A program made the position numbers and the translations under genes. Positions 27,701-41,299 of a stretch of DNA of 64,000 bases are shown here, piece after piece. The stretch comes from Bugula neritina (taxonomy: Eukaryota > Animalia > Bryozoa). How positions within the stretch are numbered: the first letter of the stretch is position 1; the number at the start of each line of letters is the position of its first letter. Below the pieces are notes generated by a model. That model had not been told where the DNA came from, made no database searches, and saw only the letters and a program-made list of their open reading frames with translations. Where the stretch lies: contig OZ037766.1 in the NCBI GenBank assembly GCA_964035545.1, positions 33,381,723-33,445,722 of the forward strand, written 5' to 3'.

Positions 27701-30700
27701 ACACACTCTCAATCAGTCGAGGCTCCAGGACTCACAAGATGCCAAACTGGAAGTCCGGGAGGCCGTCTACCGACAGGAAATGGGGTCTCTACGAGCTCAG
27801 AAGAGTCTGCTGATGGAGCGTCTTGGAGAGTCTGTAGATGAGGTTAGCAGATACAAGGAGGAGAATAGAGGTGAGTATTCTGTGACTACAGACCATGTGC
27901 GTCTCTTACAGCGTATACTCACACAGCTGTGTTATTCACTGTAGAGTATAGACTATACACTGTAGAGTATAGACTATACACTGTAGAGTATAGACTATAC
28001 ACTGTAGAGTATAGACTATACACTGTAGAGTATAGACTATACACTGTAGAGTATAGACTATACACTGTAGAGTATAGACTATACGCTGTAGAGTATAGAC
28101 TATATGCTGTAGAGTATAGACTATACGCTGTAGAGTATAGACTATACGCTGTAGAGTATAGACTATACGCTGTAGAGTATAGACTATACGCTGTAGAGTA
28201 TAGACTATACGCTGTAGAGTATAGACTATACGCTGTAGAGTATAGACTATACGCTGTAGAGTATAGACTATACACTGTAGAGTATAGACTATACACTGTA
28301 GAGTATAGACTATACACTGTAGAGTATACACTATACACTGTAGAGTATAGACTATACACTGTAGAGTATAGACTATACACTGTAGAGTATAGACTATACG
28401 CTGTAGAGTATAGACTATACGCTGTAGAGTATACACTATACACTCAGTCTACCCTGTGTACTGTATAGCCTCTGTTCTCTCTCATCATAGACTTGGCTCA
28501 TGAAAATCAGCTGATGTCGTCGTTCACTGGTAACATCTCGGACATGTTGGCCATGGCCAGCTCTAGTAAATGTGATGCCAACAACAGTCAGTATAACTCG
28601 GCATTCGATGAACAGACAACAGGTTCGTTTCCCTCAACTCACTTTACTCTCGACATGTTTGTCGTTTAGTCTGTCTGTCTGTCTATCTGTTAGTCTGTCT
28701 GTTAGTCTGTCTGTATGTCTCTAACTGTTTGCTGATTTGCTCCTGCAGACTTCCTGCCATTTGGTGCGAGTCCCGACCCGGTGAGACGTCTGATTGGCGA
28801 TGAGACGCTCAACAGCACTCTCCGAGACAGTCACACTCACTCCAGTCCCTCAAAGTCTGCCAGGTCTAATGACCACCACAACTCTACCTCCACACCAAAG
28901 AAAGCCAGCATGAACCGGTCTCCATACGACACACGAGGTCAGGTTTCAAGGTCGTCTCGCTCTCACAACTCCTCAAAGTCTTCCAGCCACAAGTCCAGGT
29001 CTTCCAATCACGACCAGCGTGCAGCGTCGCCCCTCAGCAGGAAGTCTCAGTCTGCCCGCACCTCCCCGGCACACGGGAAAGGCTCCAGAAACGTATCTCC
29101 CAGGTAAGAGAGCTGCTGGTTCCGGACTAGTCACTTGTGTTTTGTGAATACTTTTGCCATATCGCACATTCATTGCCTGTAGTTACTGTCACACCTCCTC
29201 TGTCACACCTCCTCTGCCACACCTCCTCTGTCACACCTCCTCTGTCACACCTTCTCTGTCACACCTCCTCTGTCACACCTCCTCTGTCACACCTACTCTG
29301 TCACACCTCCTCTGTCACACCTCCTCTGTCACACCTCCTCTGTCACACCTCTGTCACACCTCCTCTGTCACACCTCCTCTGTCACACCTTCTCTGTCACA
29401 CCTCCTCTGTTACACCTACTCTGTCACACCTACTCTGTCACACCTACTCTTTCACATCTCCTCTGTCACATCTACTCTGTCACACCTACTCTGTCACATC
29501 TCCTCTGTAGCATCTACTCTTTCACATCTACTCTGTCACATCTACTCTGTCACACCTACTCTGTCACACCTCCTCTGTCACACCTCCTCTGTCACACCTA
29601 CTCTTTCACATCTCCTCTGTTACATCTCCTCTGTCACATCTCCTCTGTTACACCTACTCTGTCACACCTCCTCTGTCACACCTCCTCTGTCACATCTACT
29701 CTGTCACACCTACTCTGTCACACCTCCTCTGTCACACCTCCTCTTTCACACCTCCTCTGTCACACCCACTCTGTCACACCTCCTCTTTCACACCTACTCT
29801 GTCACACCTACTCTGTCACACCTCCTCTGTCACACCTACTCTGTCACATCTACTCTGTCACACCTACTCTGTCACACCTCCTCTGTCACACCTCCTCTTT
29901 CACACCTCCTCTGTCACACCCACTCTGTCACACCTCCTCTTTCACACCTACTCTGTCACACCTACTCTGTCACACCTCCTCTGTCACACCTACTCTGTCA
30001 CACCTACTCTGTCACACCTCCTCTGTCACACCTTCTCTGTCACATCTACTCTGTCACACCTACTCTGTCACATCTCCTCTGTCACACCTCCTCTGTCACA
30101 TCTCCTCTGTCACACCCACTCTGTCACATCTCCTGTCACACCTCCTCTGTAGCATCTACTCTGTCACACCTACTCTGTCACATCTACTCTGTCACACCTC
30201 CTCTGTCACACCTACTCTTTCACACCTACTCTGTCACACCTCCTCTGTCACACCTACTCTGTCACACCTCCTCTGTCACATCTACTCTGTCACACCTACT
30301 CTGTCACATCTCCTCTGTAGCATCTACTCTGTCACACCTACTCTTTCACATCTCCTCTGTCACACCTCCTCTGTCACACCTACTCTGTCATACCTCCTGT
30401 CACGTATCTGTCACACCTCTGTAGCATCTCCTCTGTCACATCTCCTCTGTCACACCTCCTCTGTCTCACCTACTCTGTCACATTACAGGTCCAACCCAGA
30501 GCCCGATGTCTCCCCTACAAGTGGGCGTGGTTTACCCTTGTCTAGACTGTCTGCTATTCGTGGAGCTGAAGATAGCTACGCTGAAAGTCTTAATGTAAGT
30601 CCAATAGTCTGAGTTTATGTCTCTCTCTTCATTTACTTCAACTCTGTCTCACTTGCGTACCAGCCACAGTGATCTCTTCGTAAGAATGGTTAGCAGTTCT

Positions 30701-30874
30701 CTCAACTATCTGTAGTCCTCCTCCACTGGATCTCTCGTTGCTGAGCGGTTTCTTCGTGATCAGCGACAGAGAACTTTAGCCTTAGAGCAGATGTTGGATC
30801 AGCATATCCAGGGGTTACGCGAGGACAGCAGGCTACTAATGCAAGACAGTGATTCCTACTTGCACAGTTTTTGA
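18740..30874 (+). CDS. CEP63: Centrosomal coiled-coil protein, CEP63/DEUP1 family
   Basis: Exons 18740-18876, 19271-19382, 19593-19763, 20656-20746, 21278-21374, 21843-22023, 22523-22668, 23744-23830, 24018-24150, 24233-24295, 25128-25231, 25765-25930, 26343-26441, 27166-27287, 27677-27870, 28491-28622, 28749-29103, 30489-30594, 30716-30874, all in frame. N-terminal TSCESELSELIRQIDIMFKSKKNEW and C-terminal AERFLRDQRQRTLALEQMLDQHIQGLREDS match the conserved CEP63/DEUP1 end motifs. Confidence 0.88.
18888..30482. repeat. Series of distinct intron-specific arrays in the CEP63-like gene (interleaved with exons)
   Basis: 18888-19227 (13 bp), 20238-20655 (~12 bp), 20766-21212 (17 bp), 21577-21835 (13 bp), 22009-22468 (~30 bp), 22688-23724 (45 bp), 23855-23990 (22 bp), 24308-25100 (20 bp), 25245-25735 (AGT-based), 25935-26335, 26445-27160 (19 bp), 27286-27660 (~21 bp), 27937-28443 (21 bp), 29185-30482 (14 bp). 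Confidence 0.92.
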
Positions 30875-31569
30875 TTGGTCAATAATTTGGTACATTCATT
30901 CTGATTGGATATTGCATGTTCAGTCTAGATTGGTAATATCTATTATATCATCATTGTGCTGGTTTAATTCCAGTGTTACATCCATTTTGATTCGTTTGTA
31001 TTGTCCAATCAGATTGTGAAGTTCACTGGTGGGAATCCCAGAAAACTCTGCTATGAAAAGTGCTTGTGAAATTGCTAGTTTTGTTTTAATATATTCAACC
31101 ATTAGTTCAGTGTGCTTAGAATTGTGCAGCTAATTATTCTGAGTGTGATAGTCCGAGTGTGATAGTCTGAGTGCTAGGTGATATGACACGCAATATTTAT
31201 GTGCAATTCTGTAGTCTGCATGAAAATTCTATGACTAAACTTTGGTTCGTGGCTTTTTATTGGCCTGGTCTAATTTAAGCATATAATCTAGCTAGCCAGG
31301 CTACGCTTTAAGGCCCTGCGCTTGATGTCTCTAATATTAACATTTAATTTATATCTCCTTGTCTTCTATGCAGATGTTTTCCTAAGTTTTAGAATATTTA
31401 TTTATTGTTTGCTCTGTGTTGTCTTGAAGCATACAACTAATAAACTTATTTTGCAAGATTAGCCCAGTTTTCTTCAATTGTTCGAAGTTGGATTATTGTC
31501 AAGTTATACCCACTTTTACTTGTTGATTATAACCCACTTATCTCACACCTGAAACTGTCTATTATGTAG

Positions 31570-32560
31570 TTTAAATAGTTTATTATATCTATAAATAGTT
31601 TATTATATATATAAATAGTTTATTATATATATACATAGTTTATTATGTATATAAATAGTTTATTATATCTATAAATAGTTTATTATGTATATAGATAGTT
31701 TATTATATATATAAATAGTTTATTATGTATATAAATAGTTTATTATATATATAAATAGTTTATTATATATATACATAGTTTATTATGTATATAAATAGTT
31801 TATTATATCTATAAATAGTTTATTATGTATATAAATAGTTTATTATATATATAAATAGTTTATTATATATATAAATAGTTTATTGTGTATATAAATAGTT
31901 TATTATGTATATATATAGTTTATTATATCTATAGTTTATTATATCTATAAATAATTTATTATGTATATAAATAGTTTATTATGTATATAAATAATTTATT
32001 ATGTCTATAAATAGTTTATTATATATATAAATAGTTTATTATATATATACATAGTTTATTATGTATATAAATAGTTTATTATATCTATAAGTAGTTTATT
32101 ATATATATAAATAGTTTATTATGTATATAAATAGTTTATTATATATATAAATAGTTTATTATACCTATAAATAGTTTATTATGTATATAAATAGTTTATT
32201 ATGTATATAAATAGTTTATTATATCTATAAATAGTTTATTATATATATAAATAGTTTATTATGTATATAAATAGTTTATTATACATGTAATACACCACAC
32301 AATATATTACATGTAATACACCACACAATATATTACATGTAATACACCACACAATATATTACATGTAATACATCACACAATATATTACATGTAATACACC
32401 ACACAATATATTACATGTAATACACCACACAATATATTACATGTAATACACCACACAATATATTTCATGTAATACACCACACAATATATTACATGTAATA
32501 CATCACACAATATATTACATGTAATACACCACACGATATATTACATGTAATACATCACAC
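31570..32560. repeat. Adjacent 20-bp and 26-bp arrays between convergent gene 3' ends
   Basis: ATAAATAGTTTATTATATAT (31570-32281), then TACATGTAATACACCACACAATATAT (32282-32560). Confidence 0.92.
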
Positions 32561-32795
32561 GGAGGAATTATACACATGATAATCAAACTTAATCAAGTAA
32601 AGGTGAGAGTAGAAACACTAGTAGGTATTTATTGAAATTTTTTTAGAGAGTTTACTTTATGAATTTTACTAATAGAACAGATATTAATGAATGTGACGAA
32701 TTTTCACAAAAGCATAAATACAGAATGACAGTAAAATGGAATCTACAAGCAGTTAAGCTGTTTAGATTAGTCTATAGCTCGCTTCATACTCGATA

Positions 32796-35049
32796 CTAAT
32801 TGTTGTTAATGTCACACTCCACTGTGTTCGGCTGAACGCACACCCGGATGTTGCTGTTGTAATGTGTTCCTAAGGCACAGTTCTGTAGAATGGGCACAGA
32901 GTTACTACACTGGTAGAATGAGGAGCAGGAACAGGGGTTCGGGTAATAGCCAAATGGGTCTGTGCAGACAACTTCTAAAATGGAGTTCAAAATAAAAAAT
33001 GTGAGTCATTATATTAAATTACAGTTTGTGAAATTAATTACAGTATATACAACAATGGTATGTCTACCATAAAATATTTGTACCTACAGAATGAAATATT
33101 TAGTTATAGTATAGAACTAACATATTGTATATAAACCATATATTCGCTACTTATTACTGAACAAATTTACAACTATTGTAATACATTTTCATAAAGGATT
33201 GTATTGGGTGTGACTAAAATGGGTGGCCACCCGGTGTCGCGGGCCGTGACACCCATTTTAGTCACACCCCATTGTATTTCACTATTAAAATGAAATCATC
33301 CAATATTATGATAAGTATATGTGTATTATTGTAACACAAAAACGACTGCCATGTATGGAATATGATATATTAAATGTGTAATATAATAATAAATAAAAGT
33401 TTTACCACAAGACTGTAGCTCTGTACTTGTAGCTACTGTTGTTGATGTAGCGGTAGATATAGTAGTGGATGTGGTTGTAGGTGTAGTGGTAGGTGCAGTG
33501 GTAGGTGTAGTTGTAAATGTAGTTGTAGGTGTAGTGGTAGGTGTAGTGGTAGGTGTAGTGGTAGGTGTAGTGGTAGATGTAGTTGTAGATGTAGTTGTAG
33601 GTGTAGTTGTAGGTGTAGTTGTAGGTGTAGTGGTAGGTGTAGTGGTAGGTGTAGTGGTAGGTGTAGTGGTAGGTGTAGTGGTAGGTGTAGTGGTAGGTGT
33701 AGTGGTAGGTGTAGTGGTAGGTGTAGTGGTAGATGTAGTTGTAGATGTAGTTGTAGGTGTAGTTGTAGGTGTAGTTGTAGGTGCAGTGGTAGGTGTAGTG
33801 GTAGGTGTAGTGGTAGGTGTAGTTGTAGGTGTAGTAGTAGGTGTAGTGGTAGGTGTAGTGGTAGGTGTAGTTGTAGGTGTAGTAGTAGGTGTAGTGGTAG
33901 GTGTAGTTGTTGGTGTAGTTGTAGGTGTGGTGGTAGGTGCAGTGGTAGATGTAGTTGTTGGTGTAGTGGTAGGTGTAGTGGTAGGTGTAGTTGTTGCTAC
34001 TGAAGCTGCAGATGTTAGAGTTGGTTTGTTGGAGTTGTTTGTTTCAACGCAATTTGCTCCGTCCAAATTTGAATAAGCTAAAAGAGGTAAAAGCAGAAAA
34101 ATATTACTTTTAGTTGAAATAACCTTCAAATATTCAACTATTTTAGCTGCAAGCCTAAGTGTGGAGTTTCAATAAAAAGATGATAAATAACGTGACCAAA
34201 TAATTGCTGTACTTCTGCGTGTCATGTGCTGGAATAAAATAATGATCAATATCAAAAGTTAATTTAATTTAAATGTATTTGATTCAAAATATGCGATGCA
34301 GTCTAACAGATATTTTATGTTCACAGATATTTGCAAAACAGATTCGAGTCCAGTGGAAACTGCAAGTTTTGCGATGAGCAGAAAACTAAAAAAAACAGAG
34401 TGCTAGTTGTGGAAACTAGCAGATATTTAGGCACACACATTTCTCCAAACACTTGAGTCTTATTTATTGCTTATTTATCTCTACCTTGATAAATGGTTAA
34501 GGAGTTATCTTTCTTGCATTCAGGACAAGTATCAACCAAGTTCAAGGTTGTGTTAGAAAGATAGCAGAGTTCCTTTGTCTCAGAGTAACCGAATGTGTTA
34601 CAGCTGATGTCTAACTGGAGTAGGCAAAGACCTCCACACTCTATTGCTGATCTTACATCATAGAAAGTGTATGAGAGGTCAATGGTGGTGAAGGGAAGCT
34701 TTCTAAAGCTGATGCCACAGTTGCTAGCTGAGAGGGCAAAGGTCAGCCACGCCCACATTGTAGTCTGCAATCAGGTGAGTAGTTAGAGTTGGTATAGAGT
34801 AGTTAGAGTTGGTAGATTAGTTAGAGTTGGTAGATTAGTTAGAGTTGGTAGAGTAGTTAGAGTTGGTATAGAGTAGTTAGAGTTGGTATAGAGTAGTTAG
34901 AGTTGGTAGAGTAGTTAGAGTTGGTAGAATAGTTAGAGTTGATAGAGTAGTTAGAGTTGGTATAGAGTAGTTAGAGTTAGTATATAATATGTAGTTACCA
35001 AGAGTACAGCTAAACAGCTGCCTGTATTTCTCTGAATCTGGTAAATCAT
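32796..35049 (-). CDS. Secreted PAN/apple-like + Thr/Pro mucin + chitin-binding type-2 (CBM14/peritrophin-A) protein, paralogue 1
   Basis: Exons 35049-34999 (signal-peptide-like), 34764-34485 (YDVRSAIECGGLC..C..F......C), 34077-33406 ((TTPT)n mucin), 32974-32796 (CTDPFGYYPNPCSCSSFYQC...C..G..Y....VC......C, the 6-Cys CBM14 pattern). Phases are consistent. Confidence 0.82.
33206..33270. mobile_element. Minimal 65-bp hairpin MITE with 8(-9)-bp TSD
   Basis: Arms GGGTGTGACTAAAATGGGTG / CACCCATTTTAGTCACACCC. Direct repeat ATTGTATT at 33198-33205 and 33271-33278. Confidence 0.75.
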
Positions 35050-35544
35050 CTTTGTATGAGGTTGTTTTATATCTCCTGTGAAGTATTGTAACATATTTAT
35101 AACTAATTATAATATAACCTAGTGTAATATAGTATAATATACACTAGTAGTTTATATAGTATAATATATACTGAAACTTCACCTTATTCATATCAGGGGG
35201 ACAAACAAGTGCTGACTGTTTAGAACCAGCACATGTAGATGCCTCTCCACTCCTATTCCGAGTCTGTTATGATAATTTAGTTTTCTTATAAACTAAGATT
35301 ACTCAAAATAATCGTTAGTTCAGGAAAGATAAGATGGCAATTGGATGATATTGAGAATGGAAAATCTATAATACTTATAAGCTGTAAGTGATGTGAATGA
35401 CCTCCTGTATATTCTAAAGATCCAAATAACTAGATTGAGGTTCACTGACCTTTATATTGAGTTATTAGGCTACTCTAGTATCACACATTATAATGGAAAA
35501 TATTCTTATCTCTTTCACCTTTCATTTTCTTCATCATTTATATA

Positions 35545-36459
35545 GGGGTAACGGAGGGGGGGAGGCACAACGGGCTGAATTTTGAATTTTTTGCTCTTAT
35601 TCGTCTGTTTTTTAAGTTATTACAGGTATCAGTTTGTTGTTTCTATCTCTCTCACAACTTTCAGAATAATGAAATTTTCATGACAAAAAATTCGGCCCAT
35701 TGTGCCCCGGTACCGGGGTACAATGGGCCACTGGGTGGGACACGACAAATATATTGAAACTTTGCTGATTTTGTTGCATTTGATCTTTATTTATTTAACA
35801 TTAAAAATAAATAAAAATGCTCTTTCAGATCTAAAGCAAAAACCATGTTTTAGCTGTACAGTTTGTGCCACCACAGATAACAAGGGGAGGTAAAATTGAA
35901 CGCACATCACTCAGTTCTACGGTGCCATTATCATTACTGTTTAGAACTAAAAATGTTTTTTTATTTTCACTTCACACGAACTTTTATTGAAAAAAACTTC
36001 AGTAACTTGTGCTACAATGTTCCAGGTGGACTCTTTTCTATGAATTGTAGTTAAGGTGGCTGAAGTTTGTGGCTGAAGTACGGAAAGGGGGAGGGAGGAA
36101 ATCAGCAAATCACAATTTATTTTAGTCAAATACATGTATATCTCCTCAATGATATAATGTATAATGAATATCATGACTATTTACTAGTAGCAACAGCAGA
36201 GTGTTTTGTATTATGTATAAAATAGCAAAGCTATAACTTCACCAGATGTACATATTAGGGGAGCTTCACCTTGTAGTCTTGTAATCTTACCATGATGTCT
36301 TTGATATTTTACAAAAAGGTTAGAAATGGCTATATCTATAAATTTTAGTAACATTTTAACCAAATTTTTGGGCAAACAAACTAATAACAGTGATCAGGGT
36401 GCAATAATCAGGTGGCCCATTGTGCCTCGGTCAGCGTGGCCCATTGTGCCCGGTGTGGC
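35545..36459. mobile_element. Second, inverted and truncated copy of the 12164-13468 DNA transposon
   Basis: Starts TA|GGGGTAACGG...GGCACAACGGG and follows the reverse complement of 13468 back to ~12520 (shared pseudo-ORF MAISI.FSN...[13 protein letters not shown]). It is cut off by a TA-rich tract. Confidence 0.88.
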
Positions 36460-36517
36460 ACAATATATATATATTACGCTATCTAATATATATATATTAA
36501 TATCTAATATATATATA

Positions 36518-36783
36518 TTACGCTCACATTTAATGCTCATCAATGACATTAAATGATTGAGCACTCTCACCATGGTCACAAACTCAAGCTGCTAACATTT
36601 AGCAATGCTCGTGACTCTTAGGTGACCCCTAGAGTCACTTGAGCACTCTGGCTTGGGTTTACACACCTTTTAAATATGCTTTAGTAAAACTATAAGTTTC
36701 TACTATTGCAAAAGTGTGGGCCATGGTACTCTGCTCTGTGCTGATGAGGGGACAAATCCCGAAACAGCTGCTGTCCACAGATT

Positions 36784-36863
<80 letters not shown>

Positions 36864-37125
36864 AATCTGTGGACAGCAGCTGTTTCGGGATTTGTCCCCT
36901 CATCAGCACAGAACAGAGTACCATGGCCCACACCTTCGCAATAGTAAAACTTATAGTTTTCCTAAAACATATTTAAAAGGTGTGTAAACTCAAGCCAGAG
37001 TGCTCAAGTGACTCTAGGGGTCACCTAAGAGTCACGAGCATTGTAAAATGCTAGCAGCTTGAGTTTGTGACCATGGTGAGAGTGCTCAATCATTTAATGC
37101 CATTGATGAGCATTAAATGAGAGCG

Positions 37126-37128
<3 letters not shown>
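36518..37128. repeat. About 610-bp palindrome: two ~270-bp inverted arms around a 74-bp (AT)n spacer, flanked by TA tracts
   Basis: 36518-36786 is the near-perfect reverse complement of 36861-37128, with scattered substitutions. Confidence 0.92.
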
Positions 37129-37192
<64 letters not shown>

Positions 37193-37224
37193 GCCATTAT
37201 ATTAATCAAATCTCATTTTACTTC

Positions 37225-37276
<52 letters not shown>

Positions 37277-38421
37277 TACATCTTAAATCTCTAGTGCTTT
37301 AGGCCTTGACTGGATGATGGTTTAGACTCACACAAGAATTGTTATATGAGCATACATATGGTATATAGCATATAGGATATATAGCACGTAGCATATAGGA
37401 TATAGCGCATAGTATATAGTACATAGCATATAGCATATAACATATAGGACATAGCACATAACATATAACATGTAGCATATAGCATATACATGATTTATAT
37501 ATTCATGTTACTTACAGTTTTAGACTCCCACAGTGTAACCCCACAATGCAGACAAAGTAAGAGTTACGTTGTAAAACAGGTAACTTGCGTAACACACAAA
37601 ACTCTACTATAGTTACATAAACACCAACTTAATATAGGCTTCTAACTATATTGCTATTTACATACTACATTTATAGAATAAATCTTTGATATCCTGTGTA
37701 ATTCTCTTAGGTTTTAGGTGTCTGTTTCCCCTCTCATTGTTTGTTTTGTGTTGCATGTAATACATGGAAAAAATATACAAGCTTTTTCATTCCACATGTG
37801 TTTGGCCAACGTGATTAGTCAAAATCAATTGCTACTAGGAATTAATGTAAATTTAATGCTTTGTGCTAACAGTTGGCCATAATATTACTACCTAATGCAG
37901 CTAATAGTGAAGGGGTTGGGGGTATAGTGGTTAGAGTACAGACCTTTAGTCTTGTCAGGAAAATGTGTCAGTGTGTGTCATATATATATATATATATATA
38001 GGAAAATGTGCCAGTGTGTGTCATATATATTATAGGAAAATGCCAGTTATCTTGGCACTATGCAATATGTTGAATAAATTTCTATATATTTATTATAGGC
38101 AGGCATAAAGTAATGTTATATACTACACATAATTATATTATAGTAATGTTATATACTATACATAATTATATTATAGTAATGCTATAATGTTATAAACTTT
38201 CGTAGAACTGCTTGGAGTTGAAAATAGATAGTGCGGTTTTGTAAAGCAGCATTGAACATAAATAGGAAATGAAATTGCAATGTAATGTAATATTTTTTAA
38301 AGCTTTGTTCAAGTAAAAACTAGATCAAACAGAGAAATGTTACATAGTTTGATATCAGTTGTGAGTTTGCATGTACAACTACATCTCACTGCAGAAAGTT
38401 GAAATGCAATATCCATCTATC

Positions 38422-39949
38422 TTACTCTGTATTATAATCATCTATTGCCAAGGCATCCGCGCTTGTTAGTGTTACAGAAACCCACGCTGATTCTGTGGTG
38501 GTAGCAGTGGTAGTTGTAGTAGGGGTGGTAGTTGTAGTAGGGGTGGCGGTAGATGTAGTGGAGACATCACAAGGGACGTTAGATTGGTAGTCACACCGCT
38601 GGGTGACTCTGTCGTACCTCTGGTTAACAGGACAGACTCGCAGTATTGGGTTATAGTTGGCGCACTGATAGTATCTGCTGCAGGAACAAGGGTCAGCCTT
38701 GAGTCCTTCTGCTTCAGTACATACCACACCTGGGAAATTACAGTAGTATACACAACATCTGGGGAACTGTAATATACACCACATCTGGGAGATTACAGTA
38801 GTATAAATTACATTTGGGGAATTACAGTAGTATACACAACATCTGGGGAATTACAGTAATATAAACCACATCTGGGGCATTACAGTAGTATACACAATAT
38901 CTAGGGAATTACAGTAGTATACACAACATCTGGGGAATTACAGTAATATAAACCACATCTGGGGCATTACAGTAATATACACAATATCTGGGGAACTACA
39001 GTAGTATACACACATTATATGTTATAGTATCTGTACATTGTGCCACAGTGTGTTTTCTGGTATGAGTATCATATGATCATACTCACTCTCTTCACAAGTA
39101 GTAGGGGTAGTCATAGACATTGCTGTAGTGGTAGTCATAGACATTGCTGTAGTGGTAGTCATAGACATTGCTGTAGTGGTAGATATAGACATTGCTGTAG
39201 TGGTAGTCATAGGCATTACTGTAGTGGAAGTCAGTATTGAAAGATTAACTACCTAAACCATCCACAGTTCTAGCTTGTAGACTAATCTCAAACTATATAC
39301 ATATTTGTTAAAATGTGTTATGGGATATTTTATAGTGACATTTACCATATTCTCATTCATAGTATGGTAACTAATTCTGGTGATTATATGTGGAGGAGTA
39401 GAAGTTGCTTTCACAGCAAAGGCTATCATTTAGCTATAGATAACAATCAGCACATTCAACAGAGTTATTTTATATACTGCTTACTGTGATAAATCACCAT
39501 GGAATTATCTCCCTTGACATCAGTAGCATTTTCAACTGTAACAGTTGCATTTGAAACTAGGCATAGCTTTTTCTTTATAGAGAAGCTGAAAGCTGTACAG
39601 TTGCTGTTTAAGTTGAGTAGGCAAAGACCTCCACACTCTGTCACTGATCTTATATCATAGAATGTGTGTGAGGGATCAATGATAGCCAAGCTGAACTTTG
39701 TGGATGTGAAACCAGTGGTTCTGGGAGGCTGGTGCTGAGACACATAGACTCCTGGAATCTAAGTTGTATGCAAAGTATTATATGTACAAACTTTAGGCAA
39801 CTCTGTTGCATGTAGATCTTATGTAAGTGTAGTGTGGGAATAGTGCAGTGCAGTATAGTATAGTGTAAGTATCGTGTAAATGTAGCAAAAATGCTTACCT
39901 TAGAAAATATCAAAAAAACAAAATAGTAGAAATTGAATGAAGCCGTCAT
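38422..39949 (-). CDS. Secreted PAN/apple-like + mucin + CBM14 protein, paralogue 2
   Basis: Exons 39949-39899 (MTASFNFYYFVFLIFSK), 39758-39485 (FYDIRSVTECGGLC), 39248-39087 ((TTTTAMSM)n), 38729-38422 (CTEAEGLKADPCSCSRYYQC...CPVNQRYD...RCD..SNVPC). The 3' end is uncertain because the stop overlaps a possible GTAAG donor. Confidence 0.75.
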
Positions 39950-40024
39950 TTCTTGCTGTTGAGTTGTATCTTCCACTGCAGCTGTTAGTAAAGGAGTTGT
40001 AATGTTCTCCTCACTCAATTTAGA

Positions 40025-41299
40025 GAATTATGTAGAGTGGTGGAATATGTAGAGTGATGGAATATGTAGAGTGATGGAATATGTAGAGTGATGGACTATG
40101 TGGAGTGATGGAATATGTAGAGTGATGGACTATGTGGAGTGATGGAATATGTAGAGTGATGGAATATGTAGAGTGATGGAATATGTAGAGTGATGGAATA
40201 TGTAGAGTGATGGAATATGTGGAGTGGTGGAATATGTAGAGTGATGGAATATGTAGAGTGATGGAATATGTAGAGTGATGGAATATGTAGAGTGATGGAC
40301 TATGTGGAGTGATGGAATATGTAGAGTGATGGAATATGTAGAGTGATGGACTATGTGGAGTGATGGAATATGTGGAGTGGTGGAATATGTAGAGTGATGG
40401 AATATGTAGAGTGATGGAATATGTAGAGTGATGGACTATGTGGAGTGATGGAATATGTAGAGTGATGGAATATGTGGAGTGATGGAATATGTAGAGTTAT
40501 GGAATATGTAGAGTGATGGAATATGTAGAGTGATGGAATATGTAGAGTGGTGGAATATGTAGAGTGATGGAATATGTAGAGTGATGGACTATGTGGAGTG
40601 ATGGAATATGTAGAGTGATGGAATATGTAGAGTGATGGACTATGTGGAGTGATGGAATATGTAGAGTGATGGAATATGTAGAGTGGTGGAATATGTAGAG
40701 TTATGGAATATGTAGAGTGATGGAATATGTAGAGTGATGGAATATGTAGAGTGATGGAATATGTAGAGTGATGGAATATGTAGAGTGATGGAATATGTAG
40801 AGTGATGGACTATGTGGAGTGATGGAATATGTGGAGTGGTGGAATATGTAGAGTGATGGAATATGTAGAGTGATGGAATATGTAGAGTGATGGACTATGT
40901 GGAGTGATGGAATATGTAGAGTGATGGAATATGTGGAGTGATGGAATATGTAGAGTTATGGAATATGTAGAGTGATGGAATATGTAGAGTGATGGAATAT
41001 GTAGAGTGGTGGAATATGTAGAGTGATGGAATATGTAGAGTGATGGACTATGTGGAGTGATGGAATATGTAGAGTGATGGAATATGTAGAGTGATGGACT
41101 ATGTGGAGTGATGGAATATGTAGAGTGATGGAATATGTAGAGTGGTGGAATATGTAGAGTTATGGAATATGTAGAGTGATGGAATATGTAGAGTTATGGA
41201 ATATGTAGAGTGATGGAATATGTAGAGTTATGGAATATGTAGAGTGATGGAATATGTAGAGTGAAGGAATATGTAGAGTGATGGAATATATGGAGTGAT
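40025..41299. repeat. 17-bp minisatellite, continuing at 43875-43915 after the transposon
   Basis: GAATATGTAGAGTGATG. Confidence 0.95.

Noticed and set aside
29137-30612. 491-aa ORF
   Set aside because: 14-bp repeat-derived; only 30489-30594 is exon.
36659-36976. Mirror-image ORFs on both strands
   Set aside because: A by-product of the palindrome and the (AT)n tract.
37516-37605. Possible extra 3' exon of chitin-binding paralogue 2
   Set aside because: It has splice-like ends, but the phase-compatible frame stops quickly and there is no recognisable homology.
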